Shown here: piece after piece, positions 27,801 to 41,699 of the stretch
How the letters are laid out: each line of letters opens with the position of its first letter
Position numbering within the stretch: the stretch's first letter is position 1
Source of the DNA: Geosiphon pyriformis uo1
Taxonomy: Eukaryota > Fungi > Glomeromycota
Reading direction: 5' to 3'
DNA: 64,000 nucleotides
Assembly (NCBI GenBank): GCA_016748015.1
Contig: JAAOMT010000602.1
Span: 385,696-449,695, forward strand
Notes under the pieces: generated by a model
Databases searched by the model: none
Told to the model about the DNA's origin: nothing
What the model saw: the letters and a program-made list of their open reading frames with translations, nothing else
Position numbers and translations under genes: made by a program

Positions 27801-30383
27801 CCAAAGCAGTGACAAAAAAACTTTTTCTTGATTCAAGCCATTATAAACAGTATACCTATTAGTTAGTCCAAAGTCTATTATTACTTAATTGATCTAATTA
27901 GTATGTATACTTCCAAAAAATCTTATAAAATAGAGACACATTTTAATTTTAGCCAAGCTGTTCTGTAAATAAAACCATTCAACTAAGTTGTAAGTCTTCT
28001 GCATGTCCTGGAGAACCAATTACAGCTTCTTGTCTTTTTTTAATACATTTTCAATTATTAATCTGACAGCAAAAATTGGAGTTTGAGTAGATATATCTTT
28101 CAGAACTGAAAAATTATTACCATATAAGACATCAAATTTACTACAGGCCAAAGATATCCTGTCTGATAGAATCTTAGACAATATCTTCTGGGCTGTTTCA
28201 ATTAAAGCTATAAGTTTAGTATTAGTAAGAATTTCCTCTCAGTCATATGGTTTTGGTATTATCAAAATCCAGACCTGCTTTCAACATATGGACACTACAC
28301 TTAACACCAAATATACATTTAGAATGTCTAACAAACCACTCAGAACTCATGCATCCCTATGTTTTCAAAGTTTATTAGGAATGCCAAAAAAACCAGCAGC
28401 TTTTTCATTAGGCAAACTATTGCCCATCTGAAAAAACTCATCAGATTTAATATTACACATAACATTCAAAAATGCATTATTATTGACATAGGCCAAAGGG
28501 CCATACTAATTAGACTATTGAGCAAGCAAAGAATTAGGGACCATATGCTTCTTTATTTATTTTTCTATAATACTATTAACTGTAGACTTGACTTTATCAG
28601 GCACCAGAACCAGTTCATTATCTACTATCAAATGATTGAAAACCACTTTCCAAAATAGCCACTTCAAGTCATTCTTGATTATATACTCTTTATCAGAGCA
28701 AAAGTTCTCTATGTACTTATCTATTGTCTTTCTGATAAGAACGTTTTTGACAATCCTAAACTCATAATATTTAGATTTACAGTACTTTTTCTTAACTCTT
28801 AACAAATGATGTAAAATATCTTCTATGCTATTATTATTATCAAACATGATGCACACTTTAAAAGCTTTCTTATTATCAATAGCTAACCAAACATTAATAA
28901 GATGATTGACTTTTAACTTCTAACCTAAACTCAAACATCTCACTATCTTGGCCACCAACAACTCCAGCTTGAAAAACTTTGAAAATTGTTTATTCTTTGA
29001 ACACTTAAACTCACTAAACCAAAACCTAGAAAATGTATCATTAACTGATTTTACTACTATCTCCTTAAGAATTTTACACATAGCATTCAAATTTTTATTA
29101 TTTCTTATACTATTAAATTTATCTAATCTTATTAAGAGCCTGTTTAACAAACATTCTCTAAAACATGATCACTTATTCATATCAACATTCTTGATTTTGA
29201 ATTTCCATCTATTTCTATTAGCCTGTTTATGATTGCTGTTGAAATAAGCGTCTAAAAACTCAGACCAACCAAGACCAAAACAGCTTTGTAATTTATATCA
29301 AAGAAATCAAAAACAGAATCAATCTTAAGACCAATCACTGCAGATAACAAATTCTTACTTATAAAAATGTAATTTATAATCTTCTTAACACCTTTCAAAT
29401 TGTTCTAAGTAGAAGTTTTAACTAGTATATGTCTACTAAAGGAATTAATCAAACCCAGATCCAAGCAAAACTTAAAACTCACACTTTTTCTAGATCTATT
29501 TTTATTAAAATCTCTACCCAAAATCATAAAGATGCTGAAGTTTACAGCTTTAGCAATAAAAGAGTTAATTTCTGAAGTCTGACCAAACCTAGTCTCAGCA
29601 GAAACACTAGCATATAGATTCAAAACTACTATTGAAAGCTTGTTTTTAAAGAGAAGCCATACCAAAATAACCTGACCAGAAATTTTTTCAATCTTAGAAA
29701 CATAATAAGCCAGAGAGTTGTTCATAATAATGGCCATCTTAGCATTAAAGAAGCCTTTGTCCAAACCAAATAAAAAAACCTAAACTCCATTGAACTTATT
29801 CATAATTCATAGCTTAATACTAGACCTTAACTTGGTCTCTGTAATAATCAAAATCATATTTTCCAAATACTTATGCCAATAAACAATGTTTTTCTGTTTA
29901 GCAGAAATATTAATATCTCATATATTACACAGAGCTATTTTTCAGACCAAATCACTTATTAAAGAAAAGTGATTACAAAAAAAACCAAGCCAGCATACAA
30001 CAGATTTAACTTCATTAGAACTGAACTAACAAAGGTCTCAAGAGCCACCAACTTTAATTTCAAACTGCTCACCTTGGTGATTAAAATCTTAAAACTATTT
30101 GAACTAAAGTCTGCAACCATATTAATAGCAGCCAAAAAAGATGGAACAAATAACACCAAAACACTATTCAAGACCATATTTGACTCCAAGTCAAAAACCA
30201 AAAATTCAAGAACAACTGAAAGAAAGACATAAAAAAAGGGTACCAAAAGCACCAGTTCAACCAAGCACAATTTTTTCACAATACCAGAAATTTGATTTGC
30301 TAAAAGCTCCAAAGAGTGCTCCAAAAAAGCCAAGTATTCAGCCAAAAGAGAATCACCAAGAAAATTGAAAACCATTAAAACAG

Positions 30384-31159
30384 TGTTACTCATAGAAAAA
30401 ACATACAAGAAAATAGTAAAAAAAACAGATAAACCAATAGGAAAATAGTAGTTAACACATGAGCACATTGCTTAGCAATGTGAGCATTGCTTAAAAAATT
30501 ATAACACATTGCTTGAGAATATGAGCAATCTTATAGAACCCAAATTATGTATATATAGTAAGAGTGTTAGAAGCAGAAAAAACAGAATTACTACCAGGAT
30601 TTTACAGAATAGAATTATTAATATCAATAAAATAATTATTTACCATCCAAATTACTCTTCCCACTATTAACACTACATATTAATAATATCCAATACTTAA
30701 TTATACTGGAACAATAGCTCTTAATTATAGCTATTGACAGAATATTAACTTACTTGCCTTGGCTTATTTTCTTTTTTTTATTTTATTTTCTTTTTATTTT
30801 ATTTTTTATTTGTTATTAACTGATTAAGAGATTAAATGCTGAATTACTAACATTATAAATAGTCTGGTAAAAAACCTGTAAAACAAAGGTAAAAAACTCG
30901 GAAATTGAGGATAGTTTATCAGAAGAATACAACTACCAGAATAAACCAGCCATCACATTAAAGAAAAAAATTTGATAAAATTGCAATTCTAGGAAGCTAC
31001 AGATAAAACAACACTTGAATCTCTGTTTATTATACAAAAAACTCAACCAAAACCTTTAGATCACAAAAAATCTTTAGATATTACTAACAATATTAGCTAT
31101 TAAGTACCAAGTTATAGATTTGTTATTTGTTTTAAGACCTCAAATAATTATCTGTAATA
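30384..31159 (+). repeat. 5' LTR of element A
   Basis: Begins TGTTAC, ends TGTAATA (from TGTAACA); direct repeat of 39288-40038; followed by the PBS. Confidence 0.9.
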
Positions 31160-34100
31160 TTTGGTGCTCTTTGTGAGATATAATCTTACAAAGAATCAGC
31201 ACTAACAAACAACTATTCAAAAATGGCAGAATTAGAAAAAATAAGGACAAATCATTTAAAAATTGCCAAATCTTTATTTCAACATTATTGTCAACACTTA
31301 AGATTAACCAACAATTATCTATTAGCAGAATAAGTCTTTAATTTCTATATCAATGAGAAAATTTTTTATTTCTTAAGAACACCAGTAAATATCAAATCAA
31401 CAAGAGAAAATTTTTACAACAAATTAATTCAAAACACCAGCTTATTAGGAAATTATAATTTCGCATCTATTATCACTAAAATCAATCGAGAAATTGAAAA
31501 TCATACTCAACAAAAATACCCAATTACCTATACAAATAAAGACAAAAAAAAACTATAAACATCAGCAGTAACATTTCAAAGAATATAACTACTAACTTAG
31601 AAAAAAACAAGAGTCAAATTACCAACTAATTTATCATATTACTATATATCTAGAAGTGCCATCAACATTTTATTAATAGGCATATTCACATCAATTGTGA
31701 AAACAGCATTAGTTCAACTTCTATTTTAAAGTAACAAAAAAAAGCAGAGTTATTAGAAACCTATGGTGATTATTTTGAAGAGTTTAATTCATGATTACTA
31801 ATGCTATTAGAATTTTAATTACTGCCACCTCAACCAGATTTCAGAATTACAAGTCCTTGAGAAATAATAGAGTCAGAAGAAGAAAAAAATAAAGATCAGG
31901 AATTCAACTATCAAAATCCGATCCCAGAAAATCTGGAAATTCAAACTCTGATTGTTTTAATCCAGCAAAATTAGAACAATTCAAACCCCAATATTATTAA
32001 TCAGCAAAACTTATCTCCAATAATCATGATCAATTTACCACCAGTTGTCACATCACCACAACTACAACTTCAACCACCACCACAACAACTAATTCAACAA
32101 CTAATTGTAGCTCCAATGATTTATGCACCAATTGCCAAGTTAAAAAAATTTACCAGTAAAGAAAATAATGTCCAAGTTTGATTTAATAACATAACCAAAG
32201 CAATAACTGTCAACAACTGAAATGATGTCAGAACAATACAAATTGTTTTGTACTTCTTACAGGACACTGCTAATTCTTGATACCAAAATTTTGTAAACAA
32301 ACCACAAGATTTTAATGTGTTCAAAGTCATGTTTCTGTAATATTTTAGTAATCATAACAGTATTAATTGCTTGACAACTAATTTTGCTATTATCAAATAA
32401 GAAAACACTGAAGCAGTTACCACTTACTTAGAATGCTTTCACCAAAATCTGCATTAAATTCAAACTATTAACATAAACTACTTTATGGTACCCCAGATTT
32501 TGAATCAGTTCATCTATGAACTATATAATAGCTTATTATAATGCATACATCTATTATGTCCAGTTACACTTCAAGATGCTATTAACTATAACAGAGATTT
32601 AGAATATACTGAGTTAAAAGCCAATTATGCCCAAACTATTAATTTAGTAATGAATAGATTATTTGACTTGGATTCAAAACTGAAACAATTAACTGAATCC
32701 ATTAATTAAAAATTAGAAAGATACTTAACTAACAATCAAACAATTTATTAATTATTACAATGTTGCAATAATCCAGGGAACTTGAACAATATCCAAAACT
32801 AAATGCATTTATCATTATTAATCAATCAATCATGATAACAAGAGACATAAAATTGCCACTATTATGATAAACAAAAACATTTGCAAATTAAATATTGCAA
32901 ATAGTTAAATAACCAATAATCAGAAAATTAGTATTAAAACCTCAATTGCTAATTTCAAACTCAGAATTACATCAGTAATCAATTACCCAAACAATATCCA
33001 CATCAGTCTCATTACTCTCAAATAATACAGCCAATGTATTAACCAATCTATCAAAACCCAGTACCAGTAATCTATTAGTCACTCCAATTCCAGCTAATTT
33101 ATCAGTCTTAACCAATTCAAACTCAGTCCCAGAACCTATCTTATAATGAAAGCCAAAGACCAAGAACTATTCAAATCTGACAGAATTGGTGATTGGCAAT
33201 AATAATACACCAATTAGTTCCCAGTTTAACCACTTAGCCATCTGGATCTCAACAGCAAAATTTAAGAACTAGTTATGCCCAAAACCCAATTACTTAACAC
33301 TATTTAAGTCTTTTGATTACTTTAAAAGACACTAAACTTAGCAACCAGAAATTTAATCAAACTTAACTATTTACCAACAACATACTTCTAGCAACTATTA
33401 TTAATGACAAATTACTAGCCATAATCTTTCTCTTTGAACTCAAGGAATCCTCAATAACTCTGTTATTTAGTGGAACTGTTCTAGATACAAAACTCATTAC
33501 AATAATATACACTGATGTCAAGGTTGATAGTTAGTTCATCAAACTAATCCTAAACAGCAGTTTGGTAGACAGTATTATTACCAAACAACTCATAGACCAA
33601 TTAGGTTACCAAGTTAATTACACTGCCAACACCAGAATTATTACTGCTGATAAGACCACCAAAACTTCAATTGGTAAAATCGACAACTTTTTAATTAAAA
33701 TCAACAACATTAGTGTACTGATTAAAGTTCTTGTTATGAAGCCATTTAGTACTAAGCTCTAGTTGGTAATGACTGGTTGTCCAAGACAACAGCCAAAATG
33801 GTTAACACACTAAAATACCAGCCATGTGTGGTTATTTCAAACCAATTAACATTATTTAAGCTTCACTAATTAAATTGAAAAAAAAAAAAAAAACCTATTT
33901 AGGAAGCCTACCAAGTTTCATAGACTGATAATGACCACTATAGCTTACTATTAGTGTCTACATGGAAGGAAAAGAGAAAAAAAAAAAAGAGAAAAAAAAA
34001 AAACTTCAAGCAACAACCTCTACTTATATGCCATATACTACCAATTGCTCTAACTCAACCTACTATCAATCTAAACTGATATGCGTTAATTGTAACAAGA

Positions 34101-34957
34101 AATTGTTGTCAATAGATACATGTTGTGGTGACAATAAGAAATAACCAATGGCCACAAAATACTACTGCTGCTTATGCATCTTTGAATGCTTTGGATAACC
34201 AAAAAGACAAGAAAAATAAGATAACAAATCATGTTTTGCTTGTGAAGAAACTTTTTTAGATGAAAGAAGATAGAATGACATTCTTGGTTATAGAGGAATA
34301 TGCAATGAATTGTGTCAATACATAATTCTGATCAGTAACTGGATAAAAAAAGAAATGTCCATAAATGCTGTATAAAGAAGAGCTGTAAAATGTCTGAACA
34401 GTTGTCCACACAATAATGACAAAATATGAAAAATGGCAATCACCAAAATCAAAAGTGCAATGCCAGAAGAAATCAAAATAATTAAAAACAACCCATCAGA
34501 ACCAGAAAAAATCATTTGGGTCCCAAATCCAGATATTATCCTCAACATAATGAATTCCGAACAATTTTATGAACACTATCAAGAATTAGCACCCACTAGA
34601 GAAAAGCAAAAACAATGTTTAGAACAATTCAATACTTGTCTTTTTAACTATTGTTTAATACTATATGACTTTTGGTATTGTAATAAGTGTGATTTTATTT
34701 ACAATTTACCACTATGAATAATTTATTCAATTTCCAAAGAGAAAGAACCAATCAGCAGCTATGCATCAAAATTAGAATTCAATTCCAATTCAAATTCCAA
34801 CAACAATGATAAAAACAATAGTTCCAGCTCAGTCCAAAAAGGCAACACCAATAATAACAATTCAGATTCTAATTCAAATCTGGAACAATATATCACACTT
34901 CCTAATCTTACAAAAAAACAAGAACTAAAATAATTCAGTAATAATAATAAAGACATT

Positions 34958-35404
34958 ATGCTAAAATATGTGCATAATACCAATGTTAGATTCAAACTTA
35001 GATATTTAGAGAAAGATGTCATCAAATTGAAACCACATTTATGCACATGTATTGATCTAAAAGTAGCACTGGAAATTCTAGTAATAACAATGATTCAATT
35101 AGTATTTAGGAGTAGTTTAGCAAAAAAAGGGATCAACATCAGAGGAGGAATAATTTATACAGGATATATAGAAAATATTATTGTAATGCTACAAAATAAC
35201 TCAGAAAAAATATATATCATTGAACCAAATAAAAAGATAACACAAGCAATATTCTTACCTTTGGTTAAAATAGCTCAGTTAGTATTAGTAAAAAAAAGGG
35301 AAGAATTAAAGATGACAGCAAGAGGAATAAGTGGATTCAGATTTACAGGTAGAATAGACATATCAATTAATATGGCAAAGGAAGAAATTATTTCCACTCA
35401 TTAA
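34958..35404 (+). pseudogene. dUTPase domain of element A pol (degenerate)
   Basis: Motif remnants NVRFKLRY (AGFDL), RSSLAKKG, GGIIYTGY (GIID.GY), KITQAIF, RGISGFRFTG (RG..GFGSTG). Confidence 0.85.
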
Positions 35405-38400
35405 TCAATTTCTATTCCACCATATGACTAGCATTTAGTAGTTATAGAAAAAAAAATAAGAGATCAACCACAGATTTTTGAAACAAAAGCTACTATTTGT
35501 GAATCAAGAAAGATTGCTATTATCAATCTCTATATACCAGTTAAAAATAACAAACACATCAAGATTCTTATTTACAACACAACTGGAAACACTATTGAAA
35601 TACCAAGCAGAACTATCATTAGATATTTAAGCATTGAAGTTGAGAACCAACTACCAAGCATCATTCCAGATTTTTTACAATTTTGTAAATATGTAGATAT
35701 CACATTACAAACAATATACAAATAAAAAGAATGTTATTTGCTCCAACCAGAACAATTAAAACAGATAAACTTAGAAAACTTAGACCCACTCCAATAAATG
35801 CAGCTCAAAATATTGCTTAACAATTTCACTGATATCTTTGCCAGTAAAAACAAATTTGGCCAAACTGATATCATTTAGCATCAGATTAAAACTAAAAATG
35901 CAATGCCAATTAAACAGAGAGCATACTAAGTACCACCAGCCAGCCATGAAATTATCTGACAAAAAATCAACAAAATGTTAGACAATAGGTTAATTTAACT
36001 ATTAATAAGTCTATGGTTATTACTAATGGTACTAGTCCATAAAAAGAATAAAAAAATCTGCTTTTGTGTAGATTATAGAAAACTCAATAGTGTAACTTGT
36101 GGAGACAGCTACCTTATTTCATGAATTCAAAAAGTATTTAATGTATTTGGAAGAAAGAAATGGTTTTTTACATTAGACTTAGATAGTAGTTATTAGCAAG
36201 TAGCTATGAATTCAACCAACAAAAAAAAAACCATGTTTACTATTAGAAAAGAAAATTTTGAATTTGAAGTTATGTCATTTGGCTTAACCAATGCACCAGC
36301 CACATTTCAATAACTAATAAAAATTGTTTACATTGGATTGCTATGGAAATCAGTAGTTGTTTATTTGGATAACACCAATGTATTCTCAAAAATATTTGAT
36401 GATTATCTTTATTATTTACAGCAAATGTTTGAAAGACTTAGAAAAACCAGATTGAAATTAAAGACAAACAAATGTTTTTTGACAAAATGGAACTGAAATT
36501 CTTAGAACATATTATGACCAAAGATAGAATTAAGACAGATCCAGACAAGATTAAGATTATCAAAAACTTTCTAGTATTGATCAATTTTACAGAATTAAGA
36601 GCATTCTTGGGATTTGCTGAATATTATCACTATTTTATTCAGAACTTCTCCAAATTGGCTCAACCACTCCACCAATTTCAAGCCAAAAATGTAAAATATG
36701 AATGAACTAAAACTCAACAAGAAGCTTTCAATATTTTAAGAAGAAAATTTATTCAAGTCCCAATACTAATCTATTTAGATTACAGCAAGCCATTCATCAT
36801 TACCACTGATGCATTTATTCAAGCATTGAGAAAAGTACTATCTCAGAAAGGACTGGATGGACAAGAGTATTTAATCACATATGCCAGCCAAAGTCTAAGT
36901 CCAGCTAAAAAAAACTATGGGACACCAGCATTAGAATACTTAGCTATCTATTGGGCAGTCATGAAATAAAAAAAATACTTAAGCCAGAAATTTGACATAT
37001 ATATTGATTACAAAGAATTAACATCAATCCAAAAACAAGAATTTGGAGATAATCACTATGCCAGATAAAAAATAAAACTTTTTATTATTCAAATATACAG
37101 TACATTATAAAAAAGGAAAAAAAAATAGAAACACTAACTGTTTGTTATAAATAAAACAAATCTAAGAACATTTTAACCCAAAAATATAACAAAAGATAAA
37201 CACACAAAAATATCAACAACTCTAACACTATATTAATACTCAGTAGTTTAAGGAAAAATTATTTCAAAAAGAACAAAACAACATAAAACAACAATCCCAA
37301 ATATTTTATAACTTACTAAAATATATTATATCAAAAAAACAGAAAAAATTCTGATCAACTACTTAAAGTAATTACAGAACCAAAAAAAGAAACAATAATA
37401 TACAATATGTATTCAGATTTGACAGCAGAATATTTTCATAAAAAAGCAACCATAAAAAAAACTAGAAAAAAATATTATTAGCCATCAATGTATTCAGATA
37501 TCATTCAATATGTTCAAAATTGTGATGCTTGTTAGAGAAAAAAAGAAATACAATCCAGTAAACCACTAAAACCAATTAAAATAAAACAATCATTTGATAG
37601 AATTAGAATTGACTTAATTGGACTATTAACAATAACCAGCAGAGACAATCATTATATAGCAGTAGCCATAAACTATCTCACAAAATGGCCAAAGGTGAAA
37701 GCAATTCAAAGAGCAGATGCAAAATCCATAGCCAAATTTGTTTACCAAAATTTAATTTGTTAACATAAATGTTCAAAAGAATTGTTATTAGATCAAGAAA
37801 CTCACTTTGTAAACAGTACATTAACAGAATTAAGTCATAGATTTGGTATTAAAAAACCACTATCATTATCATATTATCTACAAACCAATAACTTAGTCAA
37901 AAAATTTAATAAAATATTGTGTAAAACAATAGCCAAAATCAGTCAAAAAAACAAGGACAAATAAAATTTGTTTATATCATCAATACTATTTGCTTATTAA
38001 ACAATAAAACAAGATATTATACAAGTAATACCATTCAAATTAGTATATAGTAGAACAGCAATATTACTAATTAAAATAGAAGTCAACACATATCTAATAA
38101 AACCAATAACAAAAGACAATTTTTAAGACACATTGTTAAAAAGAACATATAACTTAATAGAGACTCTAGAAAACAAAAAAAAAAGAACAGCTGATAACAT
38201 TTAAAAGTCATAAGAAAACCAAAAAGAATAATATGATAACCAGTTACCAAATAAACCAGTAAAATTCAAGATTGAAGACAAAGTACTCTTATATCATACC
38301 AAAGCAAAAAAACAATAGAGTAGAAAATTTGACTCTAAATGGGACAAACTATTTCATATTGAAGAAATTCTAAGAAATAAAACTTACAAACTAAGATGAA

Positions 38401-39287
38401 ACAACAAAATCTTAGCTAAAACAGCACATAGAAATCAACTGAAATCATATTACAATATGATGTTATTATCCACCAGTAATATTCTACAACTGGGAATACA
38501 ACAAATACTAATCCAATCATATAAGATTCCATGAAATCTAAAACCAATCATAATCATTAATACAAACACATTAAATTAATTAACCAAAAAAGTATATAAA
38601 AACATATTATACATGACAAAAACAATAAAAAAAATGGAAATACCAGATTATATCTACATTTTAGCTTAACAATTATTTTAGGCCTTAAATCAACAACAAT
38701 TAAACATGGAAATTATCATCAACCACTAAACAATCTGCTACTGAAACACCAAACAAAAAAGAAAAGCAAAGAATACACCATATTAGCGACCTCAGAACTA
38801 AACAAAAAACTGGCCAGATAAGATAGTAAAAAAAGTAAAGAACACTTTTGGAAAAATATTTATTATAGTTTCAACAGAAAAACTTTCAAAAAAAATTAGA
38901 AACAGTAAATAAAACAATTTCCAATACCATACTGCTATTATTAGCTGAAACAAAAAGTGGGTATTCAGAAGTTATATTACAATAAAGTCAAAAAAATATT
39001 CAATCAAAAGATAATACAAAATATTGAAGACACTATTGGAAAGAAAACAAATCTAACACTACACATTAAAACAATTTATTAACTACACATAATATTTTAA
39101 AACTATCCAAAAATATTGCTACACTCTAATATGGAAACAATAACTATTAACCAGTAGGAAAGAATGAACAACTTGCAAATTGAAAATATAAAAAGCAGAA
39201 TTGAGCAAACAATATTAGAAAAAAAAGTCATAGAATTAATTCAAAATAAAAATTTCAACAAAGCTTAATATTAAAAGGAGGAGATAA

Positions 39288-40038
39288 TATTACTCATAGA
39301 AAAAGCATACAAAAAAATAGTAGGAAAAACAAATAGACCAATAGGAAAATAATAGTTAACATGTAAGCATATTGCTTAAAAAATTATAGCACATTGCTTA
39401 AGAATATGAGCAATTTCATAAAACTCAAATTATATATATATAACAAAAGCGTTAGAAGCAAAAAAGACAGAATTACTACCAGGATCTCACAGAATAGAAT
39501 CATCAATATCAATAAAATAACTATTTACCATCCAAATTACTCTTTTTACTATTAATACTACATGTTGATAATATTCAATATTTAATTACACTGAAACAAT
39601 AACTCTTAATCACAGCTATTGACAAAATACTAACTTATTTGCCTTGGATTATTTTTTTTTCTTTATTTTATTTTCTTTTTATTTTTTGTTTGTTATTAAC
39701 TAATTAAAAAAATTAAGCATTGAATTATTGATGTTATGGATAGCCTGATAAAAGACTCATAAAACAAGAGTAAAAAACTTGAAAATCAAGGATAGCTTAT
39801 CAAAAGGGCATGACTGTCAAAATAAACTGGCCACCATGCTAAAAAAAAATTTAATGGAATTGTGATTCCAAAAAGCTATAAACAAAACAATATTTAAATA
39901 TCTGTTCATTATATAAAGAACTCAACCAAAATCTTTAGATCACAAAAAACCTTCAGATATTATCAATAATATTAGCTATTAAGTATCAAGTTATGGATTT
40001 GTTATTTGTTTTGAAACCCCAAATAATCACTTATAACA
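39288..40038 (+). repeat. 3' LTR of element A
   Basis: Preceded by the PPT; TATTAC...TATAACA are mutated TG...CA termini. Confidence 0.9.
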
Positions 40039-41699
40039 ATAGATTTTGCACCTAAAAACAAACTAGCACCAAGAAAAACTAATAAAACTACATAAGAAAA
40101 ACCATTAGCAATTTGGACCTAAGTCTTACCATCAAAAAAAACTGGATAAGCAATAGATACCTGTTTTTTTCTATAAATATTGGCCAAGTGCATTTGATCT
40201 TGAGAAGTTACCAACTACTTATTACGACTACCAGAATTTTCACTCATTAAACAATCAATTGAAATATGACTAAACTGTTTGTATTGAGCACAGCAGGCTA
40301 AAAAAAGCCCAACCTAGCACAAATTCACATTTTTAAAAATTGGAATAAAATTAATAACAGCCAATATGAATGTTTTACTATCAAAACAAACGACTGTACA
40401 TCTATTTTAAACATACAAACTAAGATTACAGTCAATAAAACAAGTCTTTCTACCATATAATTCCAATAAATTAGACAAATTATGAGCAGTTGTGCCAATT
40501 AGAAGAGTATACAACAAAGTCCAATGCTGATCTCTCAAAACTCATGATTGTTTGTTATTAACAGCTAACATTACATGAACAGAATCCTTATCCATAAAAA
40601 CTGACTATTTGGAAGCAACTAAACCAGCTATATTTGCTAATTCAAATTTTACTAAGGTCTTTTGTCAAAGACCAATTAGCTATATCTTGATTGAAACTAT
40701 CTTACCAAAATTAAAAAAAACTGACTTCACAGCTGATTTGGGAAGATCAATTAAGATCTCCTTAATAATCACTTTTTGATCTGTATGGCCAATTGTTTTT
40801 TTTATGTTATCATTAACCAGAATTTTCTCACTAATTGCCAATTTTCTAGCCTTATTCAGACTTAATTCAGATGTAAATAAGGATTTAATAATCTCTGAGA
40901 ATTTTGAGAGAGTAAAAGCTTCTCCAAAACCATCAATTTGATAGAAAATTTTTTTAATAAACAACAATTTATCACCAAAAGTTTTGCTAAATATAGCAAA
41001 AAGTTCAACATTCAATGCAAAAAAATTTTTTAAGTCAAAATTTCAGACATCTCTAATATGCAATTTGATTAATAGCAATTTTCCGAATTCCATAAATTTA
41101 AGTACTGGAAGCACTAATTTAGTACTATTGTCATTTATATTATCAAAAAAAACATTTTTGATGGTTGTTCTAAGACATAAATCCTTATACATGTCTTTTT
41201 TGGAGTAGTATTGTCTATCATGTCATCTGTTTTAAAAGTGTTAAAATCAACATAGTTTGTTTTTTCAGTAATTGTGTTTTTCATGTTCTTTACATCTAAC
41301 ACCTTATTAATACTGTTTTTTTTGCTGTTCATTTCACTGCTTCAAGATTTAGTATGCTCAACATTGATAGCTTACAACATGTTAACAAACAAAAATTCAA
41401 CTGATGAATTCACTATAACATCAAAAGTTTTAGGTTTTTTCAGTTTTTTAAATGATACTCTTAATATGCATCTTTTTTTTATTGCTAGACTGAGTTCTCA
41501 ATCCAGCCAAAACTAAACCAAAACCACCAGCAAACAAGCCTATTAGTTTTATTATGACAAAAGAAGATGTATTAGAAGAAATAACTTAGGGAAACAAAAA
41601 AAAAAAAAAAAAGAAAAATAATTTCTCCAAAATTTTTTTGTTCTCATTATGGTCAGGGAATTGACAAGAGAAAAATTCCTGGTTTATTACAATTAATAT

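Larger units (their letters stand above)
30384..40038 (+). mobile_element. Full-length degenerate Ty3/gypsy LTR retrotransposon (element A) with dUTPase
   Basis: LTRs 30384-31159 and 39288-40038; PBS TGGTGCTC at ~31162; PPT aaaaggaggaga at ~39273; TSD ACAG/ATAG. Order: gag (~31220-33000), protease (~33520-33800), Cys-rich region, dUTPase (34958-35350), RT (VYLDNT ~36360), RNase H, integrase (~37400-38450), extra ORF. Confidence 0.95.
25165..41690 (-). mobile_element. Full-length degenerate LINE (~6.9 kb; ORF1 + EN-RT-RNase H ORF2) split by an LTR element at 30384-40038
   Basis: ORF1 starts near 41656 (..TIMRTKK), has an RRM-like segment at 40680-41015 and a CCHC remnant at ~40250-40300, and resumes across the insertion as GAKS|VLMVFNFLGDS. 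ORF2 runs 29960-25277 with AP-endonuclease (KIALCNI, ITETKL, LGRDFN), RT (FVNNTIWIG) and RNase H (VYTNGL). 3' motif at 25200-25280. Confidence 0.88.
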
